Positions 43,601 to 57,664 of a DNA stretch of 64,000 bases are shown here, in pieces. The notes beneath the pieces were generated by a model. The model was not told the origin of the DNA. It saw nothing but the letters and a program-made list of their open reading frames with translations, and did no database searches. This stretch comes from the human T2T-CHM13v2.0 reference genome, Homo sapiens. Location of the stretch: NCBI RefSeq assembly GCF_009914755.1, contig NC_060929.1; one strand, written 5' to 3'. The stretch's first letter is position 1. Every line of letters starts with the position of its first letter. Position numbers and translations under genes: made by a program.

Positions 43601-44424
43601 TTATCTCATTCTTCAGTAGTATTGCTAGAAAGGAGTCACACCATAGGTCAAATAGTCTCTTCTGCTCATAAGCTTAAACGGAAGGGGAACCCACAAGCTG
43701 GTTGGAGATGAATGACCTCAATTTGAGAGCTCTTCACCCGCCTCTTCCCCTTGGCTCTGAGCACAGATGCTCAGATTGCTGCTCACCTAATTTGTCTACT
43801 GCCATTACCGCATTTGCCTATAAAATTTCTTCTGCCTGCATGGCTAGCTGTTCGCCTGCTTAGGTTCACTGGGAACAGCTGCTTGTGTTCATTGCCACAA
43901 TCCGTCTCCAGCAGCATTCATCCATCACACATGAGTTTCAGCAAACAAGAATCCACGCAAGCCAGAAGACCCGTTCCAGGAGTTCAGGGTGGCAAGCTTG
44001 TCACAGACAGGACCTGGGGTGGCTGGTAGAGGCCAATTTGAGACTACACACCACATTGACCCTTCCCATGCATTTCATGCCATAATAATCACATGTGTTT
44101 TTGTGCTGAGTCAGTTTTCGTTTCTCATTTCATCTGTGTAGGTTTTTCAGCAGTGCTTGGCAAGCTTGTCTTTCCAATGAGGAGGCTGAGAACTAATGCC
44201 CTATTTTCAGTTTCTTCTTAAGTCTCCCACATTGCCACATACAGTGCACCACATATACAGTAGCGGGCAATTACAGACAATGCCCTGATGTCCAAACCCC
44301 CAAAGTCAGCCCTCAGGATAATTGTGACAAAAGCAAAGTTAATCTTTAGCTCTTTTCTTCCATCCTTGTATCCTCTTTCTCCCTCCTGCTTCCCTCCTTC
44401 CATTGCACGAGCTTCCATGTCACC

Positions 44425-45210
44425 AGGGTAGCAACTGACTTAGGCCTACATGGACTGCATCTCGATTTAGTGGGGCCTGAGGCTTATGCAAACTGAGGGG
44501 TCCATATTAAGAAAGAGAATTAGAAAATTATGAACACAAAGCCAGGTATTAAACTGAATATTTACTTAGAAACAAAAAATAAAATATAACAAATTACAAC
44601 TTTTTTTAAACTGACAACACAAAATCCAGGTTAAAAAAAAAGTAGCAAAATGTTTTAATTAACTTCCTGAAAGACTTCCATATCAAATATACAGATGATA
44701 TGGACAGATAATACACATAGATGATATAGATATATAGGTGTGTTTTTGGCCACAAACTTTTTGACCCTCTCTTTATTCAACAACTTGGTAATATTTTCCA
44801 GAGTGAATACAAAAATAATTTAGTCCTTCCTTCAGCAGAGTTGACTGGAACTTGACTTTTATAATGGAGAGATGGAATGCAAAAAACACACAGCTTCACA
44901 GAGAGATGCATGGCTCTTTGCAGTACAGTTTACAGATTTGTACCCTACAAACACAGGAATTCTGATAAAGCCTACTATACAGAATTCCTACCATAAAGGA
45001 AGAAAGGTATGGTGTGTTTACAACTGTATCACTGCATTATCAGAAATAGCCTTGACGGTAGAAAATTTCCAGTTTTGGTTGACGAGATTCCAATTGGCCA
45101 CTCTGGGCACCTCTGATGATTAAAGGTGTTTCCCATACAATGGCTTTCTGGCTTTCTGGCTTTCTGGCTCATGCAGTTCAAAACTATTCTCTCCTCCACA
45201 GGGTAGTTTC
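44425..45210. mobile_element. hAT-Tip100 (Zaphod-like) DNA transposon fragment; its other end appears at ~47445-47555
   Basis: tagtggggcctgaggcttatgcaaactgagggg...; distal gaagggctctgaaagccaagcttcaatagctcc. Confidence 0.5.
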
Positions 45211-46491
45211 GCTTCCATGCCCCACCTCCTAATACTATTATTGCACTGGGCATCACATTTCAACAAGAATTTTGGAGGGACACAACACTTAAACCACAGC
45301 ATTCTCCCGCCACCCCCGACCCCGAATTCATGTCTTTCTCACATACAGAATACATTCATTCCATCCCAATAGTCCCAAAAAACTCTTAACTGGTTCCAGC
45401 TTCCACTTTAAAGTCTAAGTCCCAAGTCTCATACCAATAGCATCTAAATCAGATGTGGGTGATATTCAAGGTATGATTCATGTGAACCTATGAAATCAAG
45501 GAAGTTATGTGCTTCCAAAATATAATTTTGGGACAGACATAGGATAGACATCCCCCCTCCAAAAAGGAGTAATAGGAAAGAAGAAAGAAGTGACAGGACC
45601 TGACCAAGTCCAAAGTTCAACAGGGCAAACAACATTAAACCTTAAGGCTGACTCCATCTCCCACCTTCTGGTCACTCTGGGGCAGACGTTAGACCCCCAA
45701 GGTTCTGGACAGCCTGGCCCCATGGCTTTGCTGGGCACAGCCCACGGGGCAGCTCTCACGGTTGGAGTCTTGTGCCTGCAGCCCTCTTAGGCTGGGGTTG
45801 CACACTGATGGCTCTATAATTCTGGGATCTCAGGGGCAGCCCCAATCCCACAGCTTCACTAGGCATTGCCCTAGTATAGGCTGCCTGTGGTGGTCCCAAC
45901 CCCACCGTTCTGCCAGGCATTACCTACTGGGGACTCTCTGTGGTGGTCCTGCCCCTGCAGCAGTTCTCTGCCCAGACTCCAACACTCTCCAGGGCATCCT
46001 TTGAAATCTAGGTGGAGACAGCCATTCCCCCACAGCTCATGCACTCTGGGTGCCTGCAGAGTTAGCATCATGAGGATACCACCAAGCTTTACCACTTTTT
46101 CTTTTGGAGGGGTGGCCCTAGTAGAGCCACATCCATGGTGTTCTCTCCTGAACATGTTTTCTCATTTTTTACAGGCTAAGAATTTTCCAACTTTTTAGGT
46201 TCTGCTTCCCTTTTGATTATAAATTCCATTTTTAATTTATTTCTCTCTTTTCATATTTTATTATAAGAGTCAAGAGAAGCCACAACACATCCTCAACATT
46301 TGGCTTAGAGGTTTCTTCCACTAAATATTCTGCCTTCCACAAAACACTATGACACAAAAACAATTCAGCCAAATTCTTTGTCACTTTATAATAAGGATGG
46401 CCTTTCCTCCAGTTTCCAATAACATATTCCTCATTTCCATCTGAGACCTCATCAAATGACCTTTACTATTCATATGTCTACCAACATTCTG

Positions 46492-46523
46492 CAGTCAAAT
46501 CTCTACCCCTGAGCTACACCCCC
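46492..46523 (-). pseudogene. tRNA-Cys(GCA) 5'-half tailless retropseudogene
   Basis: Reverse complement GGGGGTGTAGCTCAGGGGTAGAG-ATTTGACTG(CAGA) versus tRNA-Cys GGGGGTATAGCTCAGGGGTAGAGCATTTGACTGCAGA; flanked by a perfect 15-bp TSD tctaccaacattctg (46477-46491 and 46524-46538). Confidence 0.9.
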
Positions 46524-46812
46524 TCTACCAACATTCTGATCACAACCACTTAAGCAATCTCTAAAAAGATACAGGCTTTCTCTACAGCTCTCCTCTTCTA
46601 CACCCTCACCAGAATTATCCTTTATTTCCATTCATGGCAATGCAGACTTTTTCTAGCCTGCTCCTCCAAACTCTTCCAGCCTCTGCCCATTTCCCTGTTC
46701 TAAAGCTGCTTCCACATTTTCAGGTATTTGTTACAGCAGCACCCCACTTCTGGTACCAATTTCTGTCTTAGTTCATTTGGGCTGCTGTAACAAAATACCT
46801 TAGATTGGATAA

Positions 46813-47259
<447 letters not shown>

Positions 47260-47762
47260 TAGTGGAAGGGCTGATGGGACTAACAGACTTCCTTAAGCCC
47301 TTTATAAGGACATTACTCCCATTTACAAGAGCAGAGCCTTCACGACCTAATAACTTCTTAAAGGCCCCACCTCTTAATACTATTGCAGTGAGGATTAAGT
47401 TTCAACATGAATTTGGGAGGGACACAGACATTCAAACAACAGAACTTTACTTTTGCAGATTTTACAAAAACACATGCGCATTGAACACATTGCTTGGCCC
47501 TTCCCACGTATGTGAAGGGCTCTGAAAGCCAAGCTTCAATAGCTCCAGTGTAAACCCAACTCTAGGCTACCTATTCTGAGTTGGGAAAGTGAATAACTTT
47601 TATTAAGTACTTTATCTCACCTTGTATTTTACATTTACTGACTCAATTTATTCTAAACATTATCTTATGAGGAAAGTAACAGTTCCATTTTACAAATGAA
47701 AATGCCTAGCATATTCTTTCTGAGAGGATGACAAAAAATAGTCCAAAAAACTCTTGAAATGA

Positions 47763-48930
<1,168 letters not shown>

Positions 48931-49024
48931 TTACATTAAAAAACAATTTATCATGTGTTTTAAAGGAAAAAAGAATTCACACTAACAGAGAAATTACTGA
49001 TAATAGGTTCATGCATCATAATAC

Positions 49025-49472
49025 TGTTACGGGTTGAACTGTGTCCCATCACAATATATTTGGAAACCCCAACCACCCCCAAAGTACTTCAAGGTGTAGC
49101 CTTCTTTGGAAATAGGGTCTTTGCAGATTTAACCAAGTTAAGATGAGGTCACTAGGGTGGGCTCTATCCAATCTGACTGGCGTCCTTCTGAAAAGAGGGA
49201 AGTTGGACAGAGACAAGCACAGAGGAAAGGCAATGTGAGGACACGGGGAGGACACAGCCGTGTGACTGGAGTGATGCAGCTAGGAGCAAAGGAACACCTG
49301 GGGCCGCCAGGAGCTGGGAGCAAGGCCCGGAAAAAGCCTTCGGAGTGAGCACGGCCCTTGCCAACACCTGGATTTCAGCTCCCAGCCTCCAAACTGTGAG
49401 AGAGTAAGTTTCTGTTGCTCTATGCCACCCAGTTTGTGATAATTGAGTGCTGCGGCCCTAGAAAATGAATAT
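49025..49472 (+). mobile_element. MaLR LTR (MLT1B/C-like)
   Basis: tgttacgggttgaactgtgtccc...tttggaaatagggtctttgcagat...agcctccaaactgtgagag. Confidence 0.85.
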
Positions 49473-49473
49473 G

Positions 49474-50318
49474 TTTCTCTCATGATAGTTATATGATGAG
49501 CATTTTTTTAATGTTTGTTGGCTGCTTGTATGCCTTCTTTTGAGAAGTGCCTGTTCATGTCCTCTGCCCACATTTTAATGGAGTTACTTGTGAAATACCA
49601 TCTCATACCCATCAGAATGGCTTTTGTTAAAAAGCCAAAAAAAAAAAAAAATGGATGCTGGCAAGGCTGCGGGGAAAAGGGAATGCTTATTAGAATGGGA
49701 ATGTAAATTAGGCCAGCCACTGTGGAAAGTAGCCTCGTGATTTCTCAAAGAACTAAGAAGTTAACTATCGTTCAACCCAGCAATCCCGTTACTGAGTACA
49801 TACCCAAAGGAAAATACATCATTCTACCAAAAAGACACATGCACTGGTATGTTCATTGCAGCACGGATTCACAATAGCAAAGACATGGAATCAACCCAGG
49901 TGCCCATCAGTGGTGAAATGGATAAAGAAAATATGGTGCATACACTCCATGGAATACTACATAGCCATTAAAAAGAATGAAATCCGTCCTTTGCAGCAAC
50001 ATGGATACAGCTGGAGGCCATTATCCTAAGCAAACTAACACAGAACAGAAAACCAAATATTGCATGTTCTCACTTATAAGTAAGAGTTAAACACTGGGTA
50101 CACATGAACGTAGAGATGGGAACAACAGACATGGAGGACTACTCGAGGGGAGAGAGAAGGAGAGGACAAGTGCTGAAAAACTATTTATTGGGTAATATGC
50201 TCAGTACCTGGGTGAAGGATTCATTCACACTCCAAGCCTCAGTATCACACAATATACCTCTGTGACAAACCTGCACCTATCCCCTAATTCTAAAATAAAA
50301 GTTGGAAAAAAAGAAAAG
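49474..50318. mobile_element. 5'-inverted L1 (L1PA15/16-like): antisense ~49474-49588, sense ~49590-50318
   Basis: Antisense piece (KMWAEDMNRHFSKE on minus) is nearly contiguous in L1 with the sense piece starting tgaaataccatctc; ends aaataaaagttggaaaaaaag. Confidence 0.85.
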
Positions 50319-50352
50319 TAATGCAATTTTCTTCCCTTGAGATACTTAGTGA

Positions 50353-50666
50353 TTTTTTGTTTTTTTTGTTGTTGTTGTTGACACAGAGTCAGAGTCTCAC
50401 TCTGTCGTCCAGACTGGAGTGCAGTGGTGTGATCTCGGCTCACTGCCAACTCCGCCTCCTGGGTTCATGCCATTCTCCTGCCTCAGCCTCCTGAGTAGCT
50501 GGGACTACAGGCGCCCGCCACCACACCCAGCTAATTTTTTATATTTTTAGTAGAGACAGGGTTTCACCGTGTTAGCCAGAATGGTCTCGATCTCCTGACC
50601 TCGTGATCTGCCCGCCTCAGCCTCCCAAAGTGCTGGGATTACAGGCATGAGCCACTGTGCCCAGCC
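50353..50666 (-). mobile_element. Alu SINE (AluY/Sc-like)
   Basis: Full reverse dimer. Confidence 0.95.
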
Positions 50667-50907
50667 TAGTTTTTTTCTTTCTTTTTTTTTTTTTTAAGGA
50701 TACTTTATAACTGAAAGGGATGACTTTAGTTTGGTAAAATTTGAAGCAAAAGAGAAGCTGAGGCACCAATCATACCCTATACAGACAGCTAAGCACATTG
50801 TGTAAGGCAGATGTTGCCCACCACTCAGCCCATTAGAGAGCTCATGCACCATCAAAGCCAGAATAAAGCAATAAGCCCAATGGTGATCCAACCCTTTGCT
50901 GGTGTTA

Positions 50908-51199
<292 letters not shown>

Positions 51200-52541
51200 A
51201 TGAATTTTAATATCTTTGGCTATTCATACAATACTGAAAAAAATCAGTTAGAAAAAACAATTCAGATGCATAGTTCTAGTGAAGTGCATATGTGTATCTT
51301 TTCATGGGTGCACATCTGAAGAGATCATTATGTTTGGGGAGTTTTTCTGGCTATCTGATGTTTTTATGTTTTTTTCTAAGGTTAAAAATTAAACACATAA
51401 ATGTACTTTTAAAGTTGACAATATCAAAAAATTGGAAAAATTTTGAGGCTAAGTTTACATAATTCTAAAACCGGATCAACTTGACTAAATTTAGTAACTT
51501 CAACGAGAAAAAAAAATGAAGTTTATTTATTTGGTTTGTCTGGCAAAACAATATGTGTTTAAATAGTATTCTGTAAACAATGTTTAATCATCAAGATATT
51601 ACCATTATAAACATAGATCCATATTTTCAAAATACACAGATACATACACACAGTAGCTTAAAAAAACTACAAGTATTTTTGTTTAGCAGATCAAAAGTTC
51701 CCACTAATGCTAGAAATTTGCAGTGTCTAACAGAAGAATTTGAGTTTACTTTTTTAAAAAGATTTTCCTTACTTTAATTAATTTTAGGGTCTACTTCTTG
51801 ATATAATCTTTCAAATGTACTTACTTTTTATTAATAAATATATATATTTATATTTGTTCAGAAAAGCCACTTTGGCAGAAATCAAAGAACAACCACAAGT
51901 TGTGCTTATAAGAACAAAATCATTTTAAAGAACAAAACACAACTACGATAGTAATTGAAAACTGAGCAATAGATGTCTTTTTTGATAAACAAAAGAATGT
52001 ACAACTTAAAGTTCCAGTTGATACAGCCCCTGGATGCTTTGAAGCAAAAAGGTTCTGTTTTTAATGACTAGCATTTTTATAGCATTTCTGATAGTCACCT
52101 AATAATAGAAATACATCATTCTCATTGTCCTTTTTCATTTTGTCTTAATAGCAGTAAATTAATCTAACTGATCTACTTCTATAAATTATATTCTTGCTAT
52201 TAACTATAAATCTGAAGAAGAAAACATCAGAGTTACATATAAAATTCTTAAAAATGTTTCCACTTGATAATAAATATTCCCTTACCAAAAAAGTTTGGGC
52301 CTGGGAGAATTTCATTTCTTGTTTTTTGATAGTGAAGAAAATGGATGTGCATTTTTCATCCTATATTGATTTGAATAATAGAGATTCACTTATAATGTGA
52401 GCAGTACTTTGCCTTCTTTGGTAGGTAAGATCTAATGGCAAATTAAAAGCCACTTAAGAGATTACCTTTAGCCCTGGTCAGAAAGAAGGCAAATTAGTCC
52501 TTCCTCCCTCTCACCTCTCTGTCATACTCCATTCATGACTT

Positions 52542-53087
52542 CTGAGGCAGACAGTGGTTCCAAAGATGGCCACAAAAACATCCCATCCCACATGCTCATC
52601 CTTCAGTGTGAGCTTGACATTCTTCCCATTGAGAGGTGGGGTCTCCACTTCTCAATGCAGAGTGGAGGAGAGACTGTCACTGCTTTGACAAATAGATTAC
52701 AGTGGAAGTGACGTCCAAGGCTGGGTCATAAAAGTGATGCGGCCAAGCCTCGCTCTCTGGAATACTCTCTCTTTGAAGCTTTCAGCCACCATGAAAGCAG
52801 CCCACTGCCCTGAGGCCACCCTGCTGGGAGCAGGCCCAAAGTGACCCATGTGAAGACACCACGTGGAGCTGTCTGAGATTACACAAAGAGAGAGAGGTGC
52901 TGGATCAGCCCCAGCTATTCCAGCCTCCCAAGCCCCATAGGAGAGACCCCCATGCCAGAACCACCCAACTCATCCCTTCCCCAGTTTCCTGACCTATGGA
53001 AATCGGAAGAGAAAATACAATGATTGTTGCTATTTCAAGTCACTAACTTTGGGAGTAATCTGCTGTGCAGCAATGACATCAAGAACA
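52542..53087 (+). mobile_element. MaLR LTR (MLT1F-like)
   Basis: ccaaagatggccaca...ttgagaggtggggtct...ttcaagtcactaactttgggagtaatctgctgtgcagcaat. Confidence 0.75.
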
Positions 53088-53529
53088 AGCTCCAACTTTC
53101 TGGAACTTCCTCTTTCACTTGAAAAGAAATGCTTCGAATATTGCTGCTTCGTGTCTGTTTAAGTATCTTTTATTGTGAAACAGGGCCACCAAATCTAGGT
53201 CAAGAGTCCCCCTGGCCCAGCTGTTCCTTATCTGAAAGAGAAAAAGAGAGGAGAACCCTGTGAAATATCAGGCCACGTGGAGAGCAAAGGGAGAGATCAG
53301 TTACAGCCACCTTTCTCTGATGAGCTGCGGGCTAGCTAATTAAAGGCTTTTGCTGCCTATACCAGAGAGGGGAAAGAAGGTAAAAGGCCTGAGTACCAAA
53401 CAACAGAGTTGTTTTGAAATCCAAGTAATGTGGAGTCAGAAAGGCCCAGGAGTTAAAGAACAAGGAGTCCTTTTCTATTCCCTTTTTCCTATTAATAATG
53501 CACCTTGCATTGCAAAAGTTATCAATACC

Positions 53530-54470
53530 CAATGGCAGCAGCACACTGCGGTGCAAAGATCTGGGTTTCATCACTGCACTTACAAGCTGTTTGACTTTGG
53601 GCAAACCACCTAACTTCTTTGAGCCTCTGCATTTTCATCATTGAAATGAAACCACCACACTTACTCTGTGAGGTGAAAGGAAACTGCACATGTATGTAGC
53701 ATGCATAGCACAGAGCAGGCCTTCAGAAATTATGACTACTTTTCCATCTTTCTTTTCTAGTATTGGTTATGCTGCTCATTAGCTGTGTGACTTTAGGCAA
53801 CTGACTTAACCTCTCTGAGCTTTGGTTTAAACTGTGAAATGATGGGTTGATCTCAATAGCCTCTCAATCTCCTTTATTATTTTCTTCCTTAGATTTCTGC
53901 GATCACCTCCTAACTTGTCTCTCCCTCTCTTGGCCCATCGTGTCCCAAACCATCCCACGCATGCTTCCAGAGCCACCTTGGTACTCAGCAAGGCAGCTCA
54001 TATTTCAAGGATAAGTCCCAAAACTCAGCACACGAGCCTCTTCATGGTGGGACTTGAAAGTCCCTCTGCAGCCTCAGCCTCAACATCCTTCTATCACTCT
54101 CCCCCGCCCCAGCTGCACCAAACCACTCAGTCCCCCACCAGTGGCAAGCCCTCTATTCCTTTGCCAGCCTCCTCCCCTTTGCCACATTGTTACCTTCCAT
54201 TTCATCATCTAACCTCAACTCAAGCATCGCCTTCCAGAAAACCCTCTTTGACCCTCCCAGGCAGGAGTCTGTTCTCCAGCTTTCTATGACAAAAACAGTC
54301 CAGCGAATGCTTCCAACCTAGAACTTAACATAATCATTGAAATGGCCTCTCTGTTTCTTCCAGCTCAGTTTTAACTTCCCTGAGGGCAGGTACTTGTCCA
54401 TCTTTCATCTCATTATCCTCAACATCACAGGAACACAAAAATAAAGGTTTGTGGGACACAGAATGCTGAG
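53530..54470 (+). mobile_element. MIR fragments (~53530-53850) and an L2 fragment (~53890-54470)
   Basis: tagctgtgtgactttaggcaactgacttaacctctctgagc; cttccctgagggcagg. Confidence 0.65.
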
Positions 54471-55335
54471 CCAACAACACACTTAACTGCTGCTGTGCCT
54501 GTGGCCAGGAATTCACACCACTTCAGCTCCTTGAGGGGTTAACAGACTCTGGACGTCCTAACTTGCATCAGCTGATGAGAAAAATCTTCAAAATGCAGCA
54601 CCTGAATGTGTTCCTTTTAAGTCATCGTTGCACAATCGATAAGTTTTGGTAAAAGACTTTTTGAAAGACCAAAAATATGGTGTTTTATTTTTCTTCCTTA
54701 TATTCTGGAGTTTGCATTTAAAATTCACATCCAGAATCAGCTTTGTTTCTTAAAGGAGGAAACTCCATGAACAAAAGCACACAGATAATTTTCTAGCATG
54801 GAAAAGGCTGAGAATGAGTCTGGAGGGGAAATGGGAAAACAGACAGGGTAGGAGGGAGCATCCCACACCTGAGAGCTGGACAGGGCTGGCAGAATGAAGG
54901 AGGCAGCCGGAAGGCAAAACCACCAGGGACAAGGGACTCAGCCTCTTGGGGATCACTCCCAGGGGAGCTTATTCCATTCCTCAAGTCCTGATTCCTGCAG
55001 CCCCCTGTTCCAAACCCACCCCCCTTGCAGACCCACACCTTTTGTCTTGCTTCTTTCCCCCACCCAACAACACCTCCCCACACCCAACCCTGGCGTTGTG
55101 TTCCCATCACCCATTATTCAAAAAGATGAAGTGAGCAAGAGTCCAGACCTTCGCTCTGAATGACTTGAGTTTCAGTTCATCCCCGACATATACTTGCTGC
55201 ATGCCCTTGAGGCAACCTTGAGCTTTAACCTCTTTGAGCCTCAATTTTCCCACCTGTAAAATCCAGTTGACATACCAGCGCGAGGCTATAACAGGGACTA
55301 ACTGAGATGAACTAGGCAAACTGCTTAGCACAGCA

Positions 55336-55708
55336 TGGCAGTCAGCTCAGGATGCCGTCACCAAATCCCACAGACTTGGTGCTTAAATACCAGAAATTTG
55401 CTTTCTCACAGTTCTGGAAGCCACAAGTCCAAGATTAAGGTTTGGTTTCTTCTGACGCCTCTCTCCTTGGCTTGCAGATGGCTACCTTCTCACTGGATCT
55501 TCACATGGTCACCCCTCGGTCTCTGTGTGTCAGGGTTCTAATCTCTTCTTACAAGGACACCGATCATATCGGATTGGAGCCCACACATATGACCTAATTT
55601 GACCTTAACTACCTCTTTAATGGCCCTGTCTCCAAATACATTCCAAGGTACTGGGGATTTAGGAATTCAATGTACAAACTTGGAGAGGGCATAATTTAGC
55701 CCATAACA
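55336..55708 (-). mobile_element. MaLR LTR (MLT1A-like) inserted in a MIR (~55150-55335, resumes 55709)
   Basis: ttctcacagttctggaagccacaagtccaagattaagg...ttagcccataaca. Confidence 0.8.
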
Positions 55709-56894
55709 CATAGTAAGCACTTATGCTGTGGTACTTATCAAAACCTGCCTTGTCAGTTACAATGCTGATGTCCTTTTACTAAATTCTAAGTGCTGTGGGC
55801 TGACTGACAGGAGGGCTTGGTCTTTTTTATTCTTTCTTATTGATGATCACCCAGGCCCTATCTGGTCCTCGGCCCTGGCTGCAGCATCTCCTCCTGCCTC
55901 CTGCTGCTGCCTCCACAATGAGCTCCACTCCGAGCCTCCAGTGGCCTTGGGTCTTCTCAGAGGTCACTTCTTCTGGCTGGACAGCTCTGTTCCTCCTCTG
56001 GCCTCTCCTGGTCTCTTTCTGGATGTGGACCAGGCCCTCCACGCCCTCTCCATAGCCCTGCAAGGCTGTCAGCTCCACCCAGGCGAGGACTCTTGTCTGT
56101 TTCTTCCCTGACATATCCTCAGCCCCAACACAGTTCCTGATACTTAGTTGATCTTCCTTTGGGGAACATTGCTAGAGTCAGCAATGACACCGTTCTCTGA
56201 GCTAGGCCTTGCCCAGTTCTTTGTAATGAACAATCAGATGGACATCTCAGGACATCACTGCATCACAAGCTCTTTCATTGTGTAGCCAACAGGCTAAACA
56301 GTGTTCAGAAACGATCCACAGAGCTTTCAGCCTTCCAAGAGTATGACTTTGTTTTTTTTTCCAATGTCCAAGCAGTCCAGAAAAGTCACACCCACTCCCT
56401 GGGGTGGATACAGAGCTGAGGCCACATCCTCACAGCCAAGCCCTGGTGGCCCAATCTGGAAGCGGCTTCAAAAAAGAAAGATATTCTCATATTCTGACTC
56501 TTCATGTTACCTCCTCAGAGCAGAAATGATGACCTATGGGAGTCTGATCATAATTCTATTACCCCATCTGGGATAGGTACAATGGCAGGCTTTCTCTATT
56601 AAATAGACATTAAAATAGCATAAGCTTTGGACAGATTCCTCATAAGAATCTGACAACTATCACATGTGCACTCTCCTTTCTCAATACACTGACTCCATCT
56701 CCTGGAAGGCAGGCCACTGATCTTGCTGTAAGTTACCCAAAAACAGTGGACAGCGGTCACAATTTGTTCATCTCATTTGGTCCTCACAAAAAAAGAGGGG
56801 AAGCATCATTAATTGTGTAATGAATGTTAGGAGAGCTCCAGCGTCCTAAAGGGGAATTTGAAAAAAAGGTCTGTCAGAAAGCATGCAGTATGTA

Positions 56895-57664
<770 letters not shown>

